From: an uncultured Alphaproteobacteria bacterium
Lineage (GTDB): Bacteria > Pseudomonadota > Alphaproteobacteria > Rs-D84
Assembly (NCBI GenBank): GCA_951801825.1
Contig: CATOOF010000002.1
Span: 100,441 to 164,440 of the forward strand
Reading direction: 5' to 3'
DNA: 64,000 nucleotides
Shown in pieces: positions 15,260-23,890 of this stretch. A program made the position numbers and the translations under genes. How positions within the stretch are numbered: the first letter of the stretch is position 1; each line of letters begins with the position of its first letter. The notes beneath the pieces are model-generated. The model did no database searches. It had not been told where the DNA came from and was given only the letters and a program-made list of their open reading frames with translations.

Positions 15260-16347
15260 AAAAGTTAATAGGCTTTTTTAAGAAAGAGATAATCGGCCTG
15301 TTGCGCGATCCTGTGCTGTTGGTGGCGGTTATGGTCATGCCTGCGGTTCAGCTGGTCGTGCTTAGCGGGGCGATAACGCTGGAGGCTAAAAATCTGCGTC
15401 TGGCGGTGGATGTCGGGACACATGACGTAATGATGGAAAAGATTTACAATCATGCCATCGGCTCTGGCTGGTTTGTGCGGGCGCCCAATACAGACAAGGA
15501 TGTTGTCGCCGCCGTGCAAAGCGGGCGTGCAGATGTTGCAATTGTTGCGCCCGATGGTGGTTTAACCCGGGCCGTTATGCGCGGCGAGGGCCAGGTTCAG
15601 ATTTTAATAGATTCCATGAATATTTTAAAAGCCCAGAGCATAGAGGCATATCTGCACGGGGTGGTTGCGCATGCGGCGGCGGAAATGGGGTATGCGCTGC
15701 CTGCGTCGCCGATTGCGTTTGATTTGCGTATTTTATTCAATCCCCAGCTGGATACGAAATGGTTTATGGTTCCGTCGCTGATTGCCGTACTGGTTTTTAT
15801 CGCGCTGTTGGTTTTGATAACGATTTCCATAGCCAAGGAAAAGGAAACCGGCACGATAGAAACACTGATTTCGTGTCCTGTGTCCAAGTACGACATAATT
15901 CTGGGCAAGGTTTTGCCGTATGTCATGGTTTCCTTTTTAATAATGCTCTCTATTTTGATAATAGGGCTTATTGTTTTCGGACTGCCGTTTGTTGGGTCGG
16001 GGTTGATGTTTGTGCTGGGGTTTTTAGTGTTTTGCATTCCGGGCAGTGCAATTGCAGTGTTGCTGGCAAACTTTACCAAGAACCAACAGCAGGCATTGCT
16101 GGGGATTGTAATTGTAGCGTTTTTGTCGCTGATGTTGTCCGGGGCGTTGATTCCTACGGAAAACATGCCCGCCGCGTTGCAATATATCAGTTATATAAAC
16201 CCGCTGAGTCATTATTCTTATATGGTTCGCAGCATAATATTAAAAGGGCCCGACTGGTCGTATTTCGCCCAGCACTCGTTTATAATGATTATAGTTGGAA
16301 TTTTGATTTGGGTTATCGCTATTAAAAAGTTTAAAACCACGCTATAG
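15256..16347 (+). CDS. ABC-2 type permease (YbhR-like)
   Basis: KEI--LLRDP, LFNPQLDTKWFMVP, KEKETGTIE; start at ATG 15256 (ATGA overlap). Confidence 0.92.
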   Translation: MKKLIGFFKKEIIGLLRDPVLLVAVMVMPAVQLVVLSGAITLEAKNLRLAVDVGTHDVMMEKIYNHAIGSGWFVRAPNTDKDVVAAVQSGRADVAIVAPDGGLTRAVMRGEGQVQILIDSMNILKAQSIEAYLHGVVAHAAAEMGYALPASPIAFDLRILFNPQLDTKWFMVPSLIAVLVFIALLVLITISIAKEKETGTIETLISCPVSKYDIILGKVLPYVMVSFLIMLSILIIGLIVFGLPFVGSGLMFVLGFLVFCIPGSAIAVLLANFTKNQQQALLGIVIVAFLSLMLSGALIPTENMPAALQYISYINPLSHYSYMVRSIILKGPDWSYFAQHSFIMIIVGILIWVIAIKKFKTTL

Positions 16348-16361
16348 GAGAGGCAAGAAAC

Positions 16362-17645
16362 ATGAAGGGTATATTGTATTTTAATTTGGCGGTTGTATTG
16401 TCTGCGACACCGGCGGCGGCGGATGTTTATTCCGCATTGCAGGGTGTATATGACACCAGCCCCGTTATTTCAGAGGCGCGTGCGGCCGTTGGTGTTGCCG
16501 ATAGCGAGCTGGCCGCGGCCCGGACTGAAACGAAGCCGTATTTGGGTATTTCTGCAAATGCCGGCGTGGCCCGGACTAAATTTTTTGACCAGACGTTTGA
16601 TACGACGCCCACTGAAATCGGCGCAACATTTCAGCAAAACGTGTTTCAGGGCTTTTCCACAATGGCGAAAATAAAGGGGGCCAAGGGAATCGTTGCCGCC
16701 CGCCAGGCATCGCTGTATGCAACGCAACAGCAGGTTTTTCTGGATGCAATAAACGCATATATAAATGTTTTAAACGCAGACGAGGTTTGGAACCTGAAAA
16801 AGAACAACCAGCATGTTTTACAGGAATATTATGACCTGTGCCGTCAAAAGCAAGAGGTTGGTGTTTTAACCGCAACCGATGTCGCCCAGGCGTCGGCACG
16901 TCTTGAGGGGGCGAAATATCAAACCATCGACGCGCGTGCGGAATATGACAATGCGCTGGAAACTTTTCGTCGCATATACGGTTGTGCGGATGAAAAATAT
17001 ACAGAAATCAGCCTGAAAAAAGTTCAGCATTTATTCCCTGAATCAGTCCAGGCGGCCGAGGAATACGCAATGCGCAACCATCCTGTTATAATGGCGCTGA
17101 ATGCGCAAGAGGCCGCCGCCCGGGAAAACATTACCGTTGCACGAAAATCGCGCTTGCCGTCAGTGGATATAAAAGCCTCTGCGATGCAGATAAACGATAT
17201 TCCTGTTGCCGACAAACTGCGAGACGGCCGTGTAGGAATATATTTAAGCATGCCGCTTTACGACAAGGGCAATGCCGCCGCAAATGTGGAAAAAGTGCGA
17301 TATACTGTTGCCGGAATCCAGGAGCAGGCAATTGATGCGCGCCGAACAATTGTAGAGCGCCTGCGCCAGGCATGGAATATGTACGATTCCCAGACATATG
17401 CAATAAACGCCGCCCAGGCCGCGGTCAGTGCTAACCAGCTGGCGCTGGATGGCACCCGCGAAGAACAGGCACGCGGTCGGCGAACGGTTCTGGATGTGCT
17501 GAATGCAGAACAGGAGTTGCTAAATTCTCGCGTGTCGCTGACACGTGCGCGTCATGGAAAGGTGGCCGCTTATTTTGCTGTTTTGGCGGCGACCGGAAAG
17601 CTTAGCCCAGAGAACCTGGGGCTGAAGATAAGCGACGGGCAATAG
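16362..17645 (+). CDS. TolC-family outer-membrane efflux protein
   Basis: Signal peptide; QQVFLDAINAYINV, GVLTATDVAQA and RGRRTVLDVLNAEQEL repeats. Confidence 0.92.
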   Translation: MKGILYFNLAVVLSATPAAADVYSALQGVYDTSPVISEARAAVGVADSELAAARTETKPYLGISANAGVARTKFFDQTFDTTPTEIGATFQQNVFQGFSTMAKIKGAKGIVAARQASLYATQQQVFLDAINAYINVLNADEVWNLKKNNQHVLQEYYDLCRQKQEVGVLTATDVAQASARLEGAKYQTIDARAEYDNALETFRRIYGCADEKYTEISLKKVQHLFPESVQAAEEYAMRNHPVIMALNAQEAAARENITVARKSRLPSVDIKASAMQINDIPVADKLRDGRVGIYLSMPLYDKGNAAANVEKVRYTVAGIQEQAIDARRTIVERLRQAWNMYDSQTYAINAAQAAVSANQLALDGTREEQARGRRTVLDVLNAEQELLNSRVSLTRARHGKVAAYFAVLAATGKLSPENLGLKISDGQ

Positions 17646-17653
17646 GCTTTGAC

Positions 17654-18592
17654 ATGAGCCGGGACGAAATACAGCGCTTTTTGGTGGAATGCTTTCCGGG
17701 CGAGGAAATAAATTTTGCAGGCTGTGGTACTGATTCAATGGCGTTTAAGGTTGGGGGCAATATATGTCGGTTCCCACATAAAAGCGTTGATGTTTATGCG
17801 GCAGAGGCGGCGGTTGTGGATGCCGTGCGTCATGGTGTTAGTGTTCCCATTCCGCGTATAGATATTGTTTCTGTGGGCGGGCATGAATTTGCCGTACACA
17901 AAATGATAACCGGCGGAAAATGGTCTTGGCACAAATATTCATGGGCGCCGCGTCGCCAGCGGAATTTGGCACGCTCGTACGCGCAATTCTTGGGAGAGTT
18001 GCATGCTCTGGATACCGGCACGCTGGTACGGCGTGTGCCAACATTGAGTGATACGGTGCCGTATTGTGACTGGGGCGAGATTTCACAATGGCTGGGACGT
18101 TTTATGACGCCGGGCCAGATGCGATGCTTTGCCCGAAACTATAGGCGCATTGTTAATGCGCCGGTGGATGCGGATGACATGGTGTTTGTGCATATGGGGA
18201 TGAAGGGCGCTAATTCCGTGGTGGACCAAGAGGGCAATATCTGCGGTGTGTTTGATTTTTGCAACGGTGGTATTTATGAACGCTGGCGTGATTTTGTGCT
18301 ACCGTATTTGGGGCGTAATGGGCGCTTGTTTCGCAGTATCTTACGCGAATATTATTCCAGAACGGGGCGGCGTCCGAATTCGGGCCGTATTGCAGACCTG
18401 GCGGCGATAGAGTTTTTATGGCGTCGCCGATTGTATGTAAACGGCGTTTTTGCGCCGCGCAGCGACCATTTTATAAAAAAGAATCTGGCGGTTGCGCTGG
18501 CGCGTTTTCACAGGTTGCCAAAACCGTTGTACTGGCTGATATATGCCCGAATGTCGATGTATCAAAAAAAACGTCGCGGAATAAACGCCTAA
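17654..18592 (+). CDS. Aminoglycoside-phosphotransferase/choline-kinase-like fold protein, catalytic Asp absent
   Basis: AGCGTDS-AFKVG-CRFP N-lobe; HMGMKGAN where HxDxxxxN is expected; GVFDF. Confidence 0.75.
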   Translation: MSRDEIQRFLVECFPGEEINFAGCGTDSMAFKVGGNICRFPHKSVDVYAAEAAVVDAVRHGVSVPIPRIDIVSVGGHEFAVHKMITGGKWSWHKYSWAPRRQRNLARSYAQFLGELHALDTGTLVRRVPTLSDTVPYCDWGEISQWLGRFMTPGQMRCFARNYRRIVNAPVDADDMVFVHMGMKGANSVVDQEGNICGVFDFCNGGIYERWRDFVLPYLGRNGRLFRSILREYYSRTGRRPNSGRIADLAAIEFLWRRRLYVNGVFAPRSDHFIKKNLAVALARFHRLPKPLYWLIYARMSMYQKKRRGINA

Positions 18593-18644
18593 GGGGTGTC
18601 GGCAATAAATATGATAAAATTATAACAAAAAACAGGAGGGCCAA

Positions 18645-19277
18645 ATGGCAAGAGAAAAACCAAAGCAAAAAAATAAATCATCCACGCAATCAGAGCGTCG
18701 TACGCGTAATCCGATGTTTGCGTATATTCAAAATTTGTATAACCGCAGTGCGCCGCTGTTGATATGCGAGGCGGCATTGCTGGGGTTTGCCGCTATTTTA
18801 ATCGTATTTCGTCCGATTGCAATGTTGTCGATGATGACATTTATTGTTGGGGTGGCGCTTATCCTGTTCGGGCTGTATCGCACGATTGCCGGATTTATGG
18901 TGTCACGTGCGCCCGGTGGTGGCTGGATAGATGTTATATTCGGTTTGGTAAACATTATTTTGGGTGTTTTGTTCTGTGCATACCCGGTTGATTCATTTAT
19001 GGGTGTGGTGTATGTGTTTATTGCGCTGTTGCTGTTCAAGGCGATAAAGGCACTGATATTTGCAATAAATATGGCACGCGCCCGCGTGGGGCATTATGCA
19101 ATGGATTTAACTGTTGCGGTGGTGCTGTTCTTGTTGGCGATTCTGCTGATGTTCTTTCCAATTGTTGGCGCAATTACAATGATATATACGCTGGCGATAA
19201 TATTACTGTTGTATGCTGCGTCGGATATATATATGTTTATTGAGCTGGTGCATTTGAAAAACAAGATAAAAGAATAA
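18645..19277 (+). CDS. HdeD/DUF308-like membrane protein
   Basis: About 6 TM segments in the duplicated G-ALILFG / GLVNIILG pattern. Confidence 0.7.
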   Translation: MAREKPKQKNKSSTQSERRTRNPMFAYIQNLYNRSAPLLICEAALLGFAAILIVFRPIAMLSMMTFIVGVALILFGLYRTIAGFMVSRAPGGGWIDVIFGLVNIILGVLFCAYPVDSFMGVVYVFIALLLFKAIKALIFAINMARARVGHYAMDLTVAVVLFLLAILLMFFPIVGAITMIYTLAIILLLYAASDIYMFIELVHLKNKIKE

Positions 19278-19307
19278 AAAAACGACCCCAAAAAGGGGTC
19301 GTTTTTT
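19276..19307. terminator. Bidirectional intrinsic terminator
   Basis: aaaaaaacgacccc-aaaaa-ggggtcgtttttt between convergent genes. Confidence 0.85.
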
Positions 19308-19331
19308 ATCTCTGTCCAGATTCAAATTCCA

Positions 19332-20177
19332 TCAGTCTCTGTTTCTGAAACTGGATTTGTCGAAAAAGTCTTTCTTTATTATCAGTATCAGGTTTGATGC
19401 ATTCCACAGCAACAGGCACATCGGTATCCATAACAACCAGGCCAAGCTGAAAATATATTCAGACTTTGTTGTCAGGCATGCCGCCTGGTGGCCCATATAA
19501 CCGCATAAAAACCAGTCACCAAACATAGAATAGGCCAATATGAATAATCCCATAATGAACAGCAGTACCGCACCGCACCGTGACGTGTTACGAATAGTTG
19601 TAATTCCGGCAATTTCTTGTTCTTCGCGAACCTCTTTTTTTGCCTCTGTTTTTATTGTTTCGATTACTTCCAGGCTGATTTGGTCATAAAGTTCGTCTTT
19701 TACCTCATCCGGCAGATTCTCGGACAGCTTGTTTTTTGCCATGACGGGTTTCCAGTTATATTTTGATATTTCATCACGGACATAGCTGATTATCTGCTCA
19801 AAAGACTTGTTGTGCAGATTGGGATATTTTTGTACATATTCGCGGGTAATTGATTCCACGCCTTCGGGTGACGGCCAGCCGGTCGACGCCTTTACGCACA
19901 GTACGGCCAGTGGCGGTAATCCATACGCCAGGCAGTAATAATGTATGGCATCCAAAATGCGTGCGGAAATTTTGCTTAACTGGTGGTGTACGATGTATTC
20001 TTGCGGGATGCCGGAATGCTGGGCCAGTATTTTATATGTTATGTTCTTTTTATTGCGTGCACAGTATACCAGATAATTTAAAGCCTTGACCGCCGCCTGG
20101 TATGTGTCAATTTGGCCATAATATTGCTTTACGGGTTTTTCTTCGTTCAAGAAATTTATCAAACTTTTAAGTGCCAT
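19332..20177 (-). CDS. Winged-helix domain + helical linker + two C-terminal TM helices
   Basis: LVYCARNKKNITYKILA...ILDAIHYYC--YGLPPLAVLCV--STGWPS motif; two hydrophobic segments at the C-terminus; strong RBS ggaggggg. Confidence 0.7.
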   Translation of the reverse strand: MALKSLINFLNEEKPVKQYYGQIDTYQAAVKALNYLVYCARNKKNITYKILAQHSGIPQEYIVHHQLSKISARILDAIHYYCLAYGLPPLAVLCVKASTGWPSPEGVESITREYVQKYPNLHNKSFEQIISYVRDEISKYNWKPVMAKNKLSENLPDEVKDELYDQISLEVIETIKTEAKKEVREEQEIAGITTIRNTSRCGAVLLFIMGLFILAYSMFGDWFLCGYMGHQAACLTTKSEYIFSLAWLLWIPMCLLLWNASNLILIIKKDFFDKSSFRNRD

Positions 20178-20201
20178 ATTACGCCCCCTCCGTTTTATTA
20201 T

Positions 20202-20278
20202 TGGCGCGCCCTGCAGGATTCGAACCTGCGACCTGCGGATTAGAAATCCGATGCTCTATCCAGCTGAGCTAAGGGCGC
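20202..20278 (-). tRNA. tRNA-Arg(TCT)
   Basis: gcgcccttagctcagctggatagagca...tttctaa...ggttcgaatcc...gggcgcgcca. Confidence 0.95.
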
Positions 20279-20512
20279 ATGTCCTATATTGTATATTAAA
20301 TTTTTGTCAATTTCAAGTATGTGCTTTATCTGCCGGAACTATTTTCAGGTCTTGTTTCTTAAAAATAGTTCTTGCGGGGTGTTTTTTTTGGGATTAGAAT
20401 AAATTAACTCATGTGATTTCCCGTAGGACGCTGTCAAATTGTTGAACGTGTCGTATGGCAAAAGCCGGGTTGCTGTGTCGTTTCTTATTTTAAAGGAAAA
20501 AAGGAGAAAATA

Positions 20513-20884
20513 ATGAAGAAAATTTTTGTTTTGCCCGTATTGTGTGGCGCACTGTTGGCTGGTTGCAACAGCAAGGATAACACTGTTGAAATTTTGGGCC
20601 AGAAATGCGAGAAAATCGCGGTTGGTGAACGTGGCGATTTCTTGGTAAAATGCCCGGTTGTTCCGGAATTGGATGCGGTTCGCAATGCGGACAAGAACGC
20701 GATGTTCCTGTCGGTTACCCCGAGCGAAGAAATCCTGGCGGATGTTGAAAATGTTTATATCGACGTTGTTCCGGCAAACACTATTGAGGGTGTCGGTGGA
20801 ACATGCTATCGCGTATTGGGTGTAAATCCGACCGTTGACGGCGAGGCTCTGTATGCAGTAGAGGTTTGCGAACAGCAGCAGTAA
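20513..20884 (+). CDS. Lipoprotein of unknown function
   Basis: Lipobox LAGC (Cys18), RBS aggag, followed by terminator aaaaaaggccgc-gtat-gcggccttttttt. Confidence 0.85.
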   Translation: MKKIFVLPVLCGALLAGCNSKDNTVEILGQKCEKIAVGERGDFLVKCPVVPELDAVRNADKNAMFLSVTPSEEILADVENVYIDVVPANTIEGVGGTCYRVLGVNPTVDGEALYAVEVCEQQQ

Positions 20885-21104
20885 TTCTGTAATCAAACTG
20901 TATTAAAAAAGGCCGCGTATGCGGCCTTTTTTTCAGCGTGGGCCCGAAATTCGGGCCCACGGGTGCGTCTTCTCAACTCCAGTGTATATTATTACAAATT
21001 TTATCTGAAATTTCTAATATTTTTTATACTTATTACACGAAAAGGTTCCTGTGTGAGATATGGCGGTGACAATGTTATAATAGAATTATAAAAAGGTGCG
21101 CTAT

Positions 21105-21578
21105 ATGAAAAAAATATTAAAGTTTATTTGTGCAATGTTTTTTGCGTTTCTGCCGGGCTTTTTCGGAATTATGTTCACGCCAAGTGGTGCGTCGGATGCA
21201 TGGTATAATGCACTTAACAAATCTGTGATAACACCTGATGGCTGGATTTTTGGTGTCGCGTGGACTATTTTGTATGCGCTGTTGGGGCTGGCACTGTTTT
21301 TGATTATGAACACCGCCCGCAGTGGTTCCGGCAAGACACGGGCATATACTCTCTTTGGCGCCCAGATGATATTAAACGGATTGTGGACTTATTTGTTCTT
21401 TGGCGCACATTTGATAGGTGTCGCATTTGCGGTCAGCGTTGCATTGCTGGTGATTTCAATATGGATGATGCGGTCATTTTACTCTATCAACCGTGGCGCG
21501 TCATACATGGTTGTTCCATATATATTGTGGCTGGGGTTTGCCACGTACTTAAATGGTGTGATATTATATCTAAACTGA
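21105..21578 (+). CDS. tspO: TspO/MBR family membrane protein
   Basis: WYNALNK---TPDGWIFG-AWTILY, LNGLWTYLFFG, PYILWLGFATYLN. Confidence 0.92.
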   Translation: MKKILKFICAMFFAFLPGFFGIMFTPSGASDAWYNALNKSVITPDGWIFGVAWTILYALLGLALFLIMNTARSGSGKTRAYTLFGAQMILNGLWTYLFFGAHLIGVAFAVSVALLVISIWMMRSFYSINRGASYMVVPYILWLGFATYLNGVILYLN

Positions 21579-21579
21579 C

Positions 21580-21906
21580 TTACAGTTTCAAAATTTTGAA
21601 ATTCGGATCGCCTATGTTCAGGTATCGCAGCCCCAGTTCCTGGACATAGTCGGGGCTGTAATTCTGAATCAGTTCTATATGGCGGGCCAGGGTGTCCATC
21701 TTTTTCTGTTCCGTGGCCAGCTGTTGCTGTTCCGCATTCAAACGCCATATGTTCATTATGAATTTTTGGACGTTGACCTCGCCCCAAAAGATGCGAATAA
21801 ACATAAATCCGGCAAATAGTGCGAACAAAACACCGATTTTGCCGCGAATGCTGCCCGACCATGCACGCCCGATAAAGCCAAATAAATTTTTGATTTTTTC
21901 CCACAT
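21580..21906 (-). CDS. ftsB: Septum formation initiator (FtsB/DivIC-like)
   Basis: Single TM, coiled coil, C-terminal DYVQELGLRYLNIGDP; start codon uncertain (21906, 21915 or 21936). Confidence 0.65.
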   Translation of the reverse strand: MWEKIKNLFGFIGRAWSGSIRGKIGVLFALFAGFMFIRIFWGEVNVQKFIMNIWRLNAEQQQLATEQKKMDTLARHIELIQNYSPDYVQELGLRYLNIGDPNFKILKL

Positions 21907-21925
21907 GTTTGTCATTATATCATAA

Positions 21926-22846
21926 ATGTTTACCAATAATCAAATTTTTGCAGCACCTCTGGCGGGCGTTACGGATCGGCCATTTCGACGCATTGTGCGC
22001 GAATTTGCACCCAACGCCCCGATTGTAACGGAAATGATTTCATGCCATTCGCTGGTTGGGGGACGCAAAAATTGTCTGCGTAATTTTGACAGATATGATG
22101 AAGAAGGACCCGTCGGTGCCCAAATTTTTGGCGCGGATGCCGGTCTGATGGCGGATGCGGCGCGAATTTTGCAGGATGCCGGCGCCAAATGGATTGATAT
22201 AAATATGGGCTGTCCCGTGCCAAAGGTTGCCACGCGTGCCGGTGCGGGCGCCTTTTTGATGCGCGACCATCGTCTGGCCGGGGATATTATGCGTGCGGTT
22301 GTAAATGCGGTGCAGATTCCTGTTTCTATAAAAACGCGCCTGGGGTGGGATGATGCGCATCGCGACTGGCGCGATATGATAAATGTTGCCGCCGACTGCG
22401 GGGTTAAATTTGTTGCATTGCACGGGCGTACGCGGGCCCAGTTGTATCTGGGACCCGCGGTGCTGCCGGATGTTCACGGGTGTCCTCTGCCGGTTATTGC
22501 AAATGGAGACATACGATGCGCTGATGATTTAAGCCGTGCGTCCGAACTGGGCTATGCGGGGGCCATGATTGGGCGTGCAATGCTGGGGCGGCCCTGGATT
22601 ATAGGGACCATTGGGGGTGGTGCGGCGCCAACAAATGTCGGCAATATCGTGCGTCGTCATTTAGAATATTCACTGGAATATTATGGTGCAAAAACAGCGG
22701 TGCCAATGTTTAGAAAGCATGTTGCATGGTATAGCGCAGGGATGCCAAATTCTGCCGAATTTCGTATCCGGGTGAATGGTATAATAGACCCAGACGAACT
22801 GCGGGTGGCAATTGATGAATTTTGGGGTTGCGATTTGGACATATAG
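21926..22846 (+). CDS. dusB: tRNA-dihydrouridine synthase (DusB-like)
   Basis: APLAGVTD, IDINMGCPVPKV, LHGRTRAQ, ANGDI, MIGRAMLGRPW. Confidence 0.92.
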   Translation: MFTNNQIFAAPLAGVTDRPFRRIVREFAPNAPIVTEMISCHSLVGGRKNCLRNFDRYDEEGPVGAQIFGADAGLMADAARILQDAGAKWIDINMGCPVPKVATRAGAGAFLMRDHRLAGDIMRAVVNAVQIPVSIKTRLGWDDAHRDWRDMINVAADCGVKFVALHGRTRAQLYLGPAVLPDVHGCPLPVIANGDIRCADDLSRASELGYAGAMIGRAMLGRPWIIGTIGGGAAPTNVGNIVRRHLEYSLEYYGAKTAVPMFRKHVAWYSAGMPNSAEFRIRVNGIIDPDELRVAIDEFWGCDLDI

Positions 22847-22885
22847 ATTCTATTATAAAAACAATCAGCAGGGGAATTAATCAAC

Positions 22886-23758
22886 ATGAATGAAAATATT
22901 GTAAATGATACAGAAGTACAAAATGTGGAAATGACCGCGGGGGAAATGTTGCGCAACGCCCGTACGACGGGGCGTCGCAAGCGTGAGATTCCGACAATTG
23001 CCAAACAATTATGCATCCGGGAAGAGTTTTTGCAGGCGTTAGAGGACGGTGATTATTCAGTAATCCCCGAACCTGTTTATATTTTGGGATTTGCCAGAAA
23101 TTATGCGATGGAGCTGGGGCTGAATCCGGATGATGTTGTCGCCAAGATAAAGCGTGAGATGGGGATGGCAACAGAATGTGCGGCGGATGCCGATGCGGCC
23201 GATTCTGGCTCTTGTGGTACGGGCGGGGTTCCCGGCGGGATTGTTGCGCGTGCGGCGATATTTGTACGCAAAAAATGGAAATGGTTTGCCGGTGCGGCGG
23301 TATTGCTGGGGGCGCTGGTTGTCGGGATTGTTATACTGGTTGCGTCGGGTCGCGGCGATGATGCGGCACAAACCCCGGATGTAGTGGTGGCGGAAACAGT
23401 TCAGGCCGTATCGGAGCCGGCGTATTCCAAAACCGTACGTGAGCGTTTTGGAACAGAAAACAGGGCGAATGCGCGTGTTATCCTGCAGGCGGCCCAGGAA
23501 TCGTGGGTAAAGGTTGAAGATGCACGCGGCAATACTGTTTTCAGTCGCGTTCTGGTCCCGGGCGATGTTTATTATGTTCCGGCGGCGGCGAATCACAAGG
23601 CAACGTTTGGCAACGCCGGTGGCATTGATATCTGGGTTGATGGTGTTGCGGCGGAAAAGGCCGGGCCTGCACATACAAGACAGTCGGGCATATCGTTGAA
23701 TCCGGAAAGCTTAAAGCCGGCGGCAAAATCTGCGCCGGATACAGAAACGGCGGAATAA
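22886..23758 (+). CDS. rodZ: RodZ-like protein (HTH, TM, DUF4115)
   Basis: GEMLRNAR...LEDGDY--IPEPVYILGFARNYA HTH, TM segment, SWVKVEDARG...FGNAGGI. Confidence 0.85.
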   Translation: MNENIVNDTEVQNVEMTAGEMLRNARTTGRRKREIPTIAKQLCIREEFLQALEDGDYSVIPEPVYILGFARNYAMELGLNPDDVVAKIKREMGMATECAADADAADSGSCGTGGVPGGIVARAAIFVRKKWKWFAGAAVLLGALVVGIVILVASGRGDDAAQTPDVVVAETVQAVSEPAYSKTVRERFGTENRANARVILQAAQESWVKVEDARGNTVFSRVLVPGDVYYVPAAANHKATFGNAGGIDIWVDGVAAEKAGPAHTRQSGISLNPESLKPAAKSAPDTETAE

Positions 23759-23890
23759 AACAATCCCCCAATATGGGGGATTTTTAATTAACCCCCAAAA
23801 TGTGCCGTGAATAAATACCGGCTGTTGTATATAAGAAAAATTGCCCTTTTCCTTGAAATTTTGAATATTTCAGCTATATTTTAAGATACT

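Noticed and set aside
11712-17645. ABC/HlyD/TolC operon as a toxin-secreting T1SS
   Set aside because: The components match YbhG/F/S/R-type efflux with ABC-2 permeases; no fused peptidase-ABC or RTX substrate is adjacent.
20407-20512. Lipoprotein 5' leader as a sixth copy of the attenuator family
   Set aside because: No HP4/antiterminator/terminator arrangement or conserved loop found.
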